This document shows, piece after piece, positions 47,901-60,100 of a stretch of DNA of 64,000 bases. The notes under the pieces were generated by a model. The model had not been told where the DNA came from and did not search any database. It saw nothing but the letters and a program-made list of their open reading frames with translations. The number at the start of each line of letters is the position of its first letter. The stretch's first letter is position 1. A program made the translations under genes and the position numbers. This stretch comes from Peribolospora baueri (taxonomy: Eukaryota), in assembly GCA_029717555.1 (NCBI GenBank), contig JAMDHS010000001.1, forward strand, positions 248,001-312,000, given 5' to 3'.

Positions 47901-50900
47901 TCATCGCATGGACGTCTGTCCTCCTTCTCCACCCTTATCCGCTCCGCTCGCACTCCGACCGCCGCCGCCGCCGCTCCCGCCGGCCGTCCTCCTTCTTCGA
48001 CCGCCACCTCCACCTTGTCCTTTCGAAGGTGATCCAGCCCGCTCCACGTGCTGTCGTCTCGACGCTGGAGTACCACCTCGTTCCGACGGCGTCGTATCAC
48101 CTCTTCCGTCTCCAATACCCACACCTTCACCGGCCCTCCCTGCACCTTGTGACCGCGCCTGACTGCGAGGCGCTCTGGGCGCCGTCGAAGAGGCAGCAAG
48201 AGGGACGCCCAACCGCGCTTGAGCGCTTCCAGCGACTTGTTGAGAATGTCGCGACGTGTCTGCCAGTGAGGCTTCGGTCGAAGGAGATTGTGCGCCAGAT
48301 GAGGCGCCGACTTTCGCCGCTTGGGACTCGGCGGCCCCGCCAACTTGCGTTGGGTTGGGCACAAGGACAGGGGCGAAGGTAGGCCCTAACTTTCCCGAAT
48401 GTACCCGGGGTAGGCTGGACGAGATAGCCTGAGCAATAGTAGGTGGACCTGCAGGCCCTTGAAGGGACGTCGGTAGATGTCCACGGCCAGTGGCTGACTC
48501 CGGCATCGTCTGGACTCCCTCAGCGACCTGCGGCTCGGTCCATTTCCCGTCCTCGCTCTGCACGAGGGCTCCGTGCCGAGCTTCAAAGACCTGCAACTTG
48601 TGAGTTTGGTACACCAGGGTGGCATGCAGGGATTCGAGCTCGGCGTCGAGAGAAGCGATGAGCGCGTGGGCCTCTGTAAGAAGAGTCCGACAGTGTCGCA
48701 CGATCAGTTGATGACACCGATGCACACGCTTTACAGGAGATGAGCGAACGCGGCTCGGTTCGGCTGCTTACCTTCAAGCTCCAGGCTCAGCTCCTCCGCC
48801 CTCTCCTCCGCCGCCTTCCTCTCCTCATCCATTCTCCTAATCCAAGCCTTGCCTCCACCACGTCCTTCCAAACCCTCCTTCGTATTACCATTACCGTCCC
48901 CACGTCCCTTCAAGCCGTCTCGCACGATCCTCCCCAGCATTTCTCCCAGCTCCTCATTCTCCGCCTGTACCTCCCGGAGCCGTTGCAAGAGACGGAGGCC
49001 CAGCACGGCGTTCGAAGAGGATCGCAGATCGGCCAGCGTCGTACCCGTGCTCGCGCCCGCACCCGTAGTATGCAGGCCGAGTCCACTGCTCGTGGCTCGC
49101 GGGGACGTTGGCAGGGAGATGGGCGTGGACCCACCGAGAGCGCTGTCTCGTGGGCTGGCAATGGATGTGCCCGGTAGGGAACGGTCGGGAGAAGGCGGTC
49201 GCGCAGGGATTGGATGTAGTACGCGTACGGGCGACCGCTTGACTGGAGAGGCATCCCTTGACGGAGTTGAGGTGACGCTTGTCGAGGGTGGTGGCATCCG
49301 GCTCTCTTCGGCCCTATGCGCCTCCTCGTGCCCTTCCGGAGTGTGCGTAGATGATGAAGCTGGCTTCTTCTTCTCCTCTGCCAGTGAAGCGGTCTCTTCT
49401 GCGGTGGAGACGTCCTTTGGCGGAGAAGCTCCCTCCGCCGATTCGCCTTCCTGCACCTTTTTCTTCTCTTTGTCCGACACTGACGCTTCTCCTAACAGGG
49501 CCTCGACAGCCGGCACGGGGTCGATGCCGACGACCTCACCGAGCCACACCTTTTCCCATCCCTCGTTCTCCTCTCGCAGCCTCTCCAGTTCGTCCTGCAG
49601 ATCCTCAAAGTATGAAGACAATTCGTCTGGGATCGGTGCGGGAGGGCGTGGAAAGCGAGAGGCAGGTCGACGATGGGCGAACGGGGGCGCAAGGTTCGTG
49701 GCAGAAGAAGGAAAGGGAGAAAGTAACGCGGATGCGGGTGGTGTGAGCGGAAGGCGCGCATCAGGTCCGCCGGCGGGGGAAGACGCCTTGGCAGGCGTCG
49801 CCTCGGCCGACGCGAAGGCAGCCCTGCTCGCATTCTTGCCCGCAGTGGTTGGACGCGTGCTAGGAGCGGAGAAAGATGATCCCACGCCCGGAAGAGCGTG
49901 CGAAGGCGTCGGCGCGCCGCTCATCGATGGCGGCATACCTTCCCCCCCCATGACCTGCGTCTGCATCATTCTCGGCGGAGGGGCGAATCCTGGACCCTGT
50001 TGCTGTGGCAGCTGTTGTTGTTGAGAGTGAGCGAATGCGAAAGGAGACGGCATCGGCCGGATGTAACCCGCGCTTTGAGACCCCAAACCGACTGTGGACG
50101 GCCGCATCTGCGGGGTGGTCCTCGTCGGCGTGACGGTGCCAAGGACGAGGCCGGTCGGTCGGTAATTGCTTATCCCTCCACCGGGGCCCTGCTGGTGAGG
50201 CATGAGTCCTGGGTGTTGTTGGCCAGACATGCCCTGTCCTTGCATGGCGCCCATGGGAGCCATGCCTTGGGCCGGGCCATACATCATTTGACCGTATGAG
50301 CCAGGCATGGGCTGGAAAGCCTGTGGAGGCATGCCAGTGCGGATGAGGGATTGAGGCATACCTCCAGGAGGGCCATAAGGTGGACTAGGTGAGGGGGGCC
50401 CCAGATTAGAGGGCCCTGAAAAAAAGGAGGGAGGTGGACGAGGCGCAAATGAAGGAGGTCTCGCGGGTGGATAGAACGAGCCCGGAGCTGCGTATTCAGG
50501 TGTCTTACGACGAGTGAAGCGGAATACAAGATGGAGAAAGGGGACAGGTCAGCAAGCGTCTGAAGAGCATAGCGTACAGCGAACGGTCCCGCTCGGGCGA
50601 ACTTAAGACGGAAGGAGCACTGGCTCACTCACCGAAGGCCCCATCTCTCCAGCAGTCCCTCCAGGGCCTTTACCCGAAGCACCATCAAAGCCGAACACCG
50701 GCAGCGAACTCGGGCCAGTGCGACCTGCATCACCGCCGTACGACGGCAAACCTGCGCGCGGCGTCGACGAAGAAAGGACGATCGCGATGAGACAGGGCAG
50801 GCGAAGGAGAGCTGATGTGGTCAGCACATCGGGGCCTTGAACGGCTATAACTCACCCGAAGGCGTACCGCCGCCATCCACCACCGGCCGTGCTTGCGCAG

Positions 50901-51084
50901 CTCCTATCGGATCCGTCGCAGCCGCCATAATAGCAGCTCCGTTCCTCGCCGTCTGTCCAAGAGCGGCAGCGGTAGACACGTCCTCCTCAACCACACTGAC
51001 GCCGCGTGCTGCTGCCAGATCAGGCTGCAGTAGGTTCTCGGTCGATGGCGCAAAGGGGGAAGAGGACCTACGGGCATCATCCAT
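47901..51084 (-). CDS. Pro/Gln-rich coiled-coil protein, probable WTAP/Mum2/FIP37-family, 4 exons
   Basis: Exons join in frame across an intron at about 50752-50855 and introns 50504-50632 and 48674-48771. Core GLRLLQRLREVQAENEELGE...ELEEAHALIASLDAELESLHATL. The gene is likely real; the family call is tentative. Confidence 0.6.
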
Positions 51085-51695
51085 GCGCGTGGCCTATCCG
51101 CTCGCTGCAAACGCCGTCCGTCCGTCCGTCCGACCGTCCGTCCACTTCTCCTACGTGCCGCAAATATTTAGACACCCACCCGTGTGTGCGTGGCGTCTCA
51201 AGCAAGACCCTGGGCGCGCTCAGGAAAGGTCGGTCCCGAAGATGGGGGGACGGCGGGTGGGCTGGCGAGGGAGGCGGGCGCGGCGGCACCAGGTCAAGAT
51301 AGGCGAATCTATATGCGGGTCGGTTGCGGCTCTACAGAAGAAACAAGGCTCGAGACGTGGATCGAAATGTCGAGCGCGTAGGCAGCCACAAAGACGAGGG
51401 TTTGAACTTGAGCGGGGGAATTCTCGATGGAGCGAGCTGGATGAGGCGATGGGAGATGGTGGAGCAAAGGATGACGAGGACATCGGCACTCGGGCAAAAT
51501 GATGGCCGCAGCGATCGGACGTTCGATCAGCGCCGGCGAGGCGAATCCGTTGGACGTGCAGTGCAAATCGCCACCGCCCGCCCGTCTAAGGGGCAAGCTA
51601 GGCTCCAATTCTCAATAATAGATACAGCGACGCGAAGGAGCGAAAAGAACGTGCATGACGGTCGGTCGTTCGGGCCGACCCGAGAGAGGCCGACC

Positions 51696-53417
51696 TCAAC
51701 TCATCCCGGACAAGCACGAGTTGGTGAGGTCCCACGCCTGCGTGTCTCCGTGCACGTCGAACATGCTTACCCCCCCGAGGCCAGCCTTCTTGGCGAAGAG
51801 CGCCTTATCGTAAAGGCTGTCCGTGTCGTCGTATGTGATCACCTGCTTTGCCGTCGGGTTGGTCAAGAACGGCTGGTAGATACGGAGGAGGCGGAGAAGG
51901 AAGGTGCATGTGAACGAAGTCAGTGAAGTGCCCCCGAGCCAGGAGCGGCAATAACGGCATGCACCTGGCCTGGCCATCCATTGGTTCGAATAGACTCACC
52001 GTGTCGCTGCAGTCATCCCAATTCTTCGTCCAGCCGTTGTCTGCCGCTTCGTCGAACCGAATTACGCCCGAGCTGTTGATGTGAACGAGCGCATTCTGCT
52101 GGACAAGTTGCCTGAACATGATCTGCCCGTTGCCGTACGCGCCGTCCTCGTTCTTGAGCATGCTGCGCCGAGCGACGGGATGGGTGGCCTTCTTGGAGAA
52201 GCGCGCGTCAACACGACCAAGCGGACGAGCGTCACGGTCCAACGCGCTCTTGCCGTCGTCTCCTTCCTCCTCCACCGGCAAAGAGCGGGTCCGGAGCTTG
52301 ATGGCCGTCGACATCGAGACGTAGCCGTACGCGGGCACGCCTAGCAGGATCTGCTTTCGCGGCATGCCGGCACCCGACCACGCCTTGACGGCCGAGGCAG
52401 CGTTTGCGTACGGCTGCGACGAGTCACCGCAGCCGTTGGACAGCGGCGCGTTAGGGCCCGGCTGCGAGGAGGCTGTGCAGGATGGGCGAGGAAAGAGTGA
52501 ATTTGGTGAGTGAACGACAGACATGCGACGACCCGCGCTCGACGAGGCAAACACTCACACCCCGAGACGTCGTAGTTCATGATCATGATGTAGTTGATCA
52601 ATTTGGCCAAATCGCTGACGTCCGTCATCGGCTGTCCGTTCGGACCTTTGTAAGGCAGGTGGGGTACGGCCATGGTAATTTTGAGCGACGGCATGGCCTT
52701 GCGAACGTCCTGGAGGAACAGGACCAAGTTCGGTACGTCTTGGGGGGAGTGCGCGTTGCCGTCGGCACCTGCGGCATTGGGATACTCCCAGTCGATGTCG
52801 ATACCGTCCAAGCCATAAGTGTCGACGGCGTGCTTGACCGTCGCCGTCATGGCTAGCCGGCCCTTTTTGGTCGACAACGCGGTCGAGTACTTCCCAGAGC
52901 CGGTCCAGCCGCCCATGGAGAGCGACGCAAGTGTGTTGTTTCCGTGTGCGTATTTAACCATTCTCTTCAGGAGTGAGACGGAGTGGTCGGAGGTGAAGTA
53001 CATCGAGCCGTTGCTGTCCGGGATGGCGAAAGCGAACACGAGCAAATCGAATTTGCTGTAATCGATCTGCTCTGGCGGCAGAATGTGCTCGACCCACTGC
53101 ATGTGCACCAAGGCATGCCAAATCAGCGCCAGTTCACTGATGCGAACAGAGAAAGAGAGAGATTACACCGTAAGCTACTGCATGATCCTACTCACGTCTG
53201 GGTAATAGCCTGCCATGATCATCTTGCTACTGTTGGATGCCGCCGCCACATTCGTCGTGGCGGCGTGGGCAGCGCTCGTCGTCGTCGAGCTAGCTTTGCA
53301 TGCGAGGCTATTAAATCGGCTGGGAGGGAGCGCCGAGACCTGCTCGGGGATCTGGGCCAGCCCGAAGATGAGAGAGGCCACCAGGGCCAAAGGGACGGCG
53401 ATGCACTTCGAGCGCAT
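51696..53417 (-). CDS. Secreted GH18 chitinase, multi-exon
   Basis: Signal-like MRSKCIAVPLALVASLIFGLA, MAGYYPDW, SLSMGGWTGS, catalytic LDGIDIDWEYP, IMIMNYDV, ILLGVPAYGY, ITYDDTDSL..KA.FAK..GLGGV. Confidence 0.93.
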
Positions 53418-53500
53418 CTTGCCAAAAACGACTTGACGACGACGGGGGACGGAGGTGGCGAGGTGGGGACGCGCACCGGGACATCCATATCAGGTGGTCG

Positions 53501-53653
53501 AATATTTATACTGGTTGAGGAATTTCAAGGGCGCCCATCCGAAGGTCGACATCCCGTGCGGTTTCGTGTATCAACATCTAAGGAATGTTGCGGACCCGTG
53601 AGCAGCTGGCCGGCGGTCCACCGGCGTGTTCAGGTCCCAACATCTAAAGAATG
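53501..53653 (-). promoter_or_regulatory. Chitinase upstream region: TATA box and duplicated 16-bp motif containing CATTCY
   Basis: TATAAATATT on the minus strand at 53501-53510; CAACATCTAAGGAATG (53572-53587) and CAACATCTAAAGAATG (53638-53653). Confidence 0.45.
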
Positions 53654-54152
53654 GCTCCTGCATCAACCTCTGACCTGTTGAAGGAGAAGAGCAGCGCTGA
53701 GGCTGACAGTCGTCGTCATCGTCGCCGTGCCAGAGTCGTTACGATAAAATGTGTGGGAGTCAGCGTTGGCGGTGAGGCGTAATTTACGCGATCCTTCGCC
53801 GGAGACGCGTTCGGGACGCGTCTCGGCTCTCGGCGTCCTCCCCCGAGCTGGCGAAATCCAGCCAGCGAGGACAATCCCCTTCCTCCGCAAGGCTGATGAT
53901 GACAGGCGACTTGGGGAGGATGATATCGAACATTCATAATCTGCATGTGAGGATTCATCCCCCGACCACTCATCCAAAGCTGGTTTTATTTGGTAGCGGC
54001 ATCGAAACCGTCAACGACGAGGCCTCTCGAGCTCCGCCTATAGTACATGATTCGCGAGGAACCACAAGGAAGGAAAAGGAATTAGACACAAAAGAGAAGG
54101 GAGAAGGACGACGGCACCGACGATCCGAACAGAACGAGCGCAGGTCGCTCGC

Positions 54153-57100
54153 TCAAGCAAAAGAGTTCTCCACGTCGGCGCCCTCCTCGGCGCTGGCGAC
54201 ATCGGCAAAGTTGAGGAAATTTTGCGGCCGGTGCTCCTCGGCCCAGAACGAGAGCGGCACATCGAGCGTCACGTTGTACTTGATGTTGGGCGTGAAGGCG
54301 GCTGACTTGGACAGTCCATAGTTCCACACGCGGCTGGCAAATCGAAATAAAAACCAGCGGTCAGCTTCCAGATTAGACGGCGTCGGAGGACTTGGAACAG
54401 CGCCAGGCGACTCACTCTTCCGGCACGAGAGTGCTGCCAAGGACACGGTCCGAGAGGAGCAACTGCACTCTCTCGGCCATGCTCGGGTTGAAGCCCGGCG
54501 GGTTGCCCGTCATGTCCGTGTTCTTGCGACCCCACTCGAAACCTGCTACGCTGAGTTGGTACGCCGACAGCGATACCGAGCCCGGCGTAAAGGCACAGGT
54601 GATGCAGATCGAGTTCGAACCCCACTCCTCGTGAGCGGCCATGATCTTGGCCTGCTGCGTCACGTCGTTCGGCATCAGGTGTGGCGTGTCATTCGACTGT
54701 GTCTTGATCCAGCCCAATGGCTCGAGGTCTTTGAGAAGGTAATCGTGCGATGGAAGCTGACTGGGAAGCTCCACGCCAGTATTGTTGCCACGCTGGGGAA
54801 CCCAGACGACCGCCTTGATCTCCTTGACGGAGGGCGCCTCCGGCGGTGACACACCGTAGAGGAACCCGGCCACTTGCGTGCGCTGTGGGCCAACGGAAAA
54901 GCCATGACACGATGAGATCAGTACCAAGCACTGGAACTCGCAAGTAACTAGGAAAAAGGGTGGCTGGCACTTACCAGGTCGGCGTTGATGATGAAACTGC
55001 GCAGAACGTTCTTCGGCAAGACGTAGGTGAAAGAACCCACGTCGTCCCGTACGTCTTCATTGGAGACGTACAAGTGCTGCGTCCTGAGCGGCAGGTTAGT
55101 CGCCGAGATGGCACGAACGCGCCAATCCGACTTGCTCGAGAAGACCTGAGACTCGTAGTCGGTCGTCGTCACCACTTGGAGCTCATCTCCGTGGATGTTT
55201 GTCGTCTTCGTCTGCGTCGCAGTGACCTGGTTGGCAGCCTGAGCGCTCTTCTCGATCTCCGCCATCTGTTGGCGCTGGATGGACGGGGCTTGGATTTCCA
55301 TGCCGAGGATGATGTCCCTAATCTCCGAGGACGTGAGCGAACCAACGTTGACGCTGTTCCTCTTGCCGTAGTCGGCCAAGATGAGGTCTCTCAGAGCGAC
55401 TTCGACCTTGATCCACTCGTCGTCGGTAAGAGTCGGCCAAATATGGTGTGGCTCGGTGACGGTCGTCCTGTTCGGCTTGAGGATGATCTTCGTCTTCTCC
55501 TGGTTCACGTGGAGCGCACGCAAGATCAGAACGAGACGGGAGAAGGCCGTGTAGGACGAAATAGACTTGAGCCAGTCGTCGTAGATCGAGTAGAGGATCA
55601 TCTGAGGCTGAGTGGCACGAAGGATGAGGTCGCCAAACTTTTCGAGCTTCATGCAGGCCTGGAACGGCAGCTGCAGCTCGCTGCCCTTGATGACGATGTT
55701 CGGGAAGTCGAGCAAGTGGACTTCGAGCGGATCAAGCATGCCCTTGCGGGAGACAATAACCTGCTTCGGCTGCTCTTCGACTGGCAGAGAGCGAATGAGT
55801 GCCGCCACCTCTTCGGCCGTCTTCCATTTGGCAAGCTGTCCGAGACGCTTCTGACCGGCCCAAACAGAGGTGTGGATAATCTTGAGGAACAGCTGCCCGG
55901 AGCGCGGGTTAAGGATGAAGATTGCGCCGTTAATCGGCTTGGTGACCAAGTTGCCCTCGAACGTGCGGTGAATCGTGACGCGGTAGACGTTCGTGTCGTC
56001 GATCAGCCAAACGATGGCGTTACTGAACAGCTCCGAATAGTTCTGCGAGTTGAGGTACGGCTCCGTCGGCTCGGACGAGTAGAGCTGGAGACCCTTGCGA
56101 ATACGTTCGCGAAGGACGTACAACGCTGGGTTGGCTTTCATGATCTTCGCCATGGCCTGCTGGATCAGTGGCTTGGAACCGGGGAACCAGTTGCCGTACG
56201 CGCTGTGCAAGTTGTACGACAGATCGAGTCCGATGAGCACGCCGGTTGGCGAGGGGTAGATGGACACGTTGTCGCTGGTGTAGTCCAGGAATTTGGCTCG
56301 GCAGTAGCGCTCGATATCGTGGGAGTCGAAATCGCCCCATCGCAATTGCACGTCTATCCAGTACTTGTTGGAAGTCGTACCGTCGAGAACGTCCTTGTTG
56401 TCCGTCAGCAGTGAAGGACGAGAAATGGGCCAGCGCGAGCTGGAAAAGACGACGACGTCCGCCGCAGAGGAGTTCATCTTGTATGACTTTCTGGGATGGA
56501 TCGTCTCCTTCTGCACCGTTTCGATGGATAGCGCCTCCAGTTCCTGGTCCAACACCTGACAAAGGTCAAGCACCGTCGACTCGTGAATCTTTTGCCACAG
56601 GTGAGCGCGGAAAATTTGGATGTACGAGATTTTGAGCGTGGGCAGCTTGCCGTGCATGAAGATGCCGGTCAAGTCGAGCTGGACCTGGAAGCCGACGTAG
56701 ACGTTGGCGCGGTTGATCGTCGGCGACCACCAGAGCGTGAACCGACGGTTGGGAATCTGGTTCAGACCCGAGCGCTGGGCGTTGGTGAGTTTCTTGTACC
56801 TCATGCTCTCCTCGAAGCCAGATGCCTTCTCCCAGAAGAGTCCTTCCCAAGTCGGGAAATAAGTGCCTTTGAACAAGCTGTGCTCGAGGATGCCCTCGAC
56901 ACCACCGAGCGCGGCGATGACGTCGACGCGGTAGTTGTTGAGCTGCCAGAGCTTGCCATCGTGGCGCTGGTTGGTCCACCAGAATGGGTTGTGCTTGAGA
57001 ATCTGGTACTGCTTGAACTCGGTGGCCACGCGCCAGCCCTTGTCGTAAGCGAGGGTCATGCGGTCCTTCTGGAAGAGGGTGTTGATGCGCGGAATACCGC

Positions 57101-60100
57101 GATCCCAGCTGTCCTCGAGGTCTTCCAGCGTCAGACGACGGTTCTGCGCATTGGCCTCCTTCCGCTTGAGCGAATAGTCGCTCCAGACGCGGGCGCTATC
57201 CAGAATTTCCGCCTCCCACGGCTGGAGGTAGCGGTAGAGGTTCGGAATCAAGTTGTCCTCCTCGTGGGTGAGACCGGAACGGAAGTGGGTAATGCCCGTG
57301 TCGGTCTGCTTGCTCCAGCGCAGGTCGCTCTGGGGGATGAGTACGTGCGACATGGATATCATGCCAAGGCCGCCGAGTTCCTTAGGAGAGTAGAACAGCA
57401 CTGGAGGGAAACGCGACGGCATCTTCGAGTTGAGACCGATCTTGACGCGCGTCTGAATCTTGTTCTCAGACTTGACGATGAGGTCGAGCATCTCGGTGGT
57501 GTGAATGACGGCTTCCCGGTAGTACGTCATCAAGCCGATGAGCGTAGTGTTCCACTTGTTCACAATCTTGGAAAAGGTGGTGGCACCAGAGGCCATGAGC
57601 ACCTGCCTGACGCGGTTGTGGAACTCGCTGATGCCCTCGTCTGAGACGCGCAGGAACGCCTGGGCGGTACGCTCGCCGCTGCCGGCGTTGACCAAGCTCC
57701 ATACGCCGTCGCGCATGGTGAAGCCCTCGTGCATCCGGATCTTGGGCAGGATGCGCACCTCAAAGCCGAGCATGGAGAAGAGCAGGTTCGGGTTGTCCTT
57801 GGAATAGACGCTGACGAACGTGTCCTCCCACTCGATGGTGGTGATGGCGCGCGGCAAGCGGTTCTTAATATCCCAAAAGACGGCGCGGCCGAGGTTGACG
57901 TCGTGCTTGATGAGGCGCATCCTGCAGTCGCGCGGCCAGCACTTCTTGTTGTTGTACCCGATCAGGTTAGAGTTGTTCGGGTCCGGGTTCGCGCTGAGAT
58001 AGCGCTGGATGAGGTCGCGCGACTCCTCGGCCGTGAAGCGGAAGAACATGTGGATGCGGTCGATGTAGCGCGAGTACAACCTGATCGGGTGACGCGTCTC
58101 GGTGGCCACGTCGCGGAACTGGTGGAAACCGCTCGGAGCCTGCGGCGGACCGGCCAGCTCGCTGGCGCGGTGAAGACCGAGAATGAGCAGGTCGAGAATG
58201 AGGCCGTAGTACTGGAAAACGAAGGCGCTGAACTGGAGTCCACGAATGAGACCGAAGGCGTTGACGTGCGACATATCCTTGTAGGTGATGACGATGTTGT
58301 TCTTCGCCGTCATGTAGTCCGCCAGGTTGTGGTCGACGATCAGACGCAAGAGGCGGTTGAGAAGTGTCAAATCCATCTTCTCGTACACTCTCGAGAGCGT
58401 CGTCTGCATCATGACGTTGCATTCGCCGTTGGACGTGTCCCAGACCTCGTGAAGGTTGTTGATCCCCGTCGCCCACTTGTAAACGAGCACCGGCGGCGGC
58501 TCCTGGTCCGACGGCTTGATCCAAGCCGGGAACAGCTGGCGTCGCTCTGCCTCGTAGAACAAATAGGCGGACAAGTAGGCGTCCGAGATCTTTTCGAGGG
58601 GCTCGATGGAATACACAGGTATGGTGTCGCTGTACCTGTCATACAACTCGATCCCGGCCTCCTTAAACGCTCGTTGAGTGAGGAGAAGGCGCTTGATCCT
58701 CGAAAGCGTCTCGTGAGGGGAGTCGTATGCCTGTCGCGCACGATCAGGGAAGGCGTCACGATCGTCAGCACAAAAAAGTCCATACATCGCCAAAGCCATC
58801 GTGTCGCTGTCGCACGCGGGAGCATAGTACCCACCTGCTCGATCAAGGCCAACTCTTCGCGCTGGCTCTGGTTCAGACGGCCCTTGACGCTGTACTGCTC
58901 CTTCAGTCGTTCCAAAGCCAAGACCAAGATTCGCGTATCGTTTTTATACGAGATGCTGGGGAAGGGGATCGGGGAGAACTTGCGAGATTCGAGCCAGTGG
59001 ACGGTGGAGGTGTAGATGGCGACGGCCTCCTCAGAGGTAATGTAAGGACCGTCCTTGAGGTAGCCGTGCTGACGCTCCTGCTCCGCCTTGAGGTAAAGGC
59101 GTGTGAGGCGCCCGAGGTTCTTCTTGGCGACCGTTTTGTCCACCGTGGCGCCTCGGCGGATACGCTCACGGTTGTAGTGAGCCACGCTCGTCCACCAGTC
59201 GCTCTTGGCCTTCACGTAGCGGAGAATGATGTTCTCGATGGCCGTGGGCATGCCGGGCACCTTCCAGGGCACGTTAGCCTTCCAGCAGCGCCACGCCTCG
59301 GTGAGGTGCTGGAGGATGGTCTTGCTCTTGTTCGCCTTGATGCCCTCGGGCATCATGTCGAGAATGTCGTGCATCACCGCCGCACGGAGCTCGAGGTCAA
59401 AGTGCGACTCGACACGCTGCTTGGTCACCGTCGAGGCGACGCCCTTGCTGTTACGGCCCTCGAACTGACGGGCGAGCAAATTGCCCAGCCAGCGCTCGAG
59501 GAGAGGGACGATGCCGCGAAGGAAGAAGAGCCACACCCTCCACGAGGGAGCCCAGAAGCCGGCGCCAGGGCCCTTGCCCACGGGCCCTGTGTTGAAGCGC
59601 GAATAAATGACGTGCTTGAGGTCCTTGCACGCACGGATCTGGTGCATGAGCTTATACTTGTACCTGTACATGCCCGTCAGCTGGCCGACGTGGTTGAAGA
59701 TGTAGTGCAGGCCGTCGGCGAGCTGGAAGGCGTCGACGTTGCCGAGGCGGTACTGGACGTGCGAGTCGACGACCAGCTTGGTCAGACGCAGAATCTCACG
59801 GCAGAGGTGGAAGGCGTTGCCGAAGCGGGAACGCTTGCGCTCCTTCGTCGTGAGCGTCTTGACGGGCTTGAGGTTCATGTTGTAATCGAGGTGAAGGTAG
59901 TTCAGGTTTTTGCGGTGAATGAGCAGGTTGAGCATGTTGAAGCCCTGCCTGCAGACCTGGAGACCGGCCTCAACCCAGTCAAGGCGTGTGACGGAGAAGA
60001 ACTTGGTGTTGGCGAGCTGGCGGAAAAGGTACTTTTTGCTGGCCGCCTTGGGATTGCGACGGTGAAGGGAATTGAGGACGTAACGCTTGAGGAGCTTCTG

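Noticed and set aside
50627..50632. Tandem donors GTGAGTGAGC as an NMD switch in the WTAP-like gene
   Set aside because: The first donor already joins in frame to the acceptor at 50504 after a good branch point; no evidence the second is used.
56790..56860. PRP8 intein at the known fungal insertion site
   Set aside because: Sequence reads continuously [14 protein letters not shown]; this is an empty allele.
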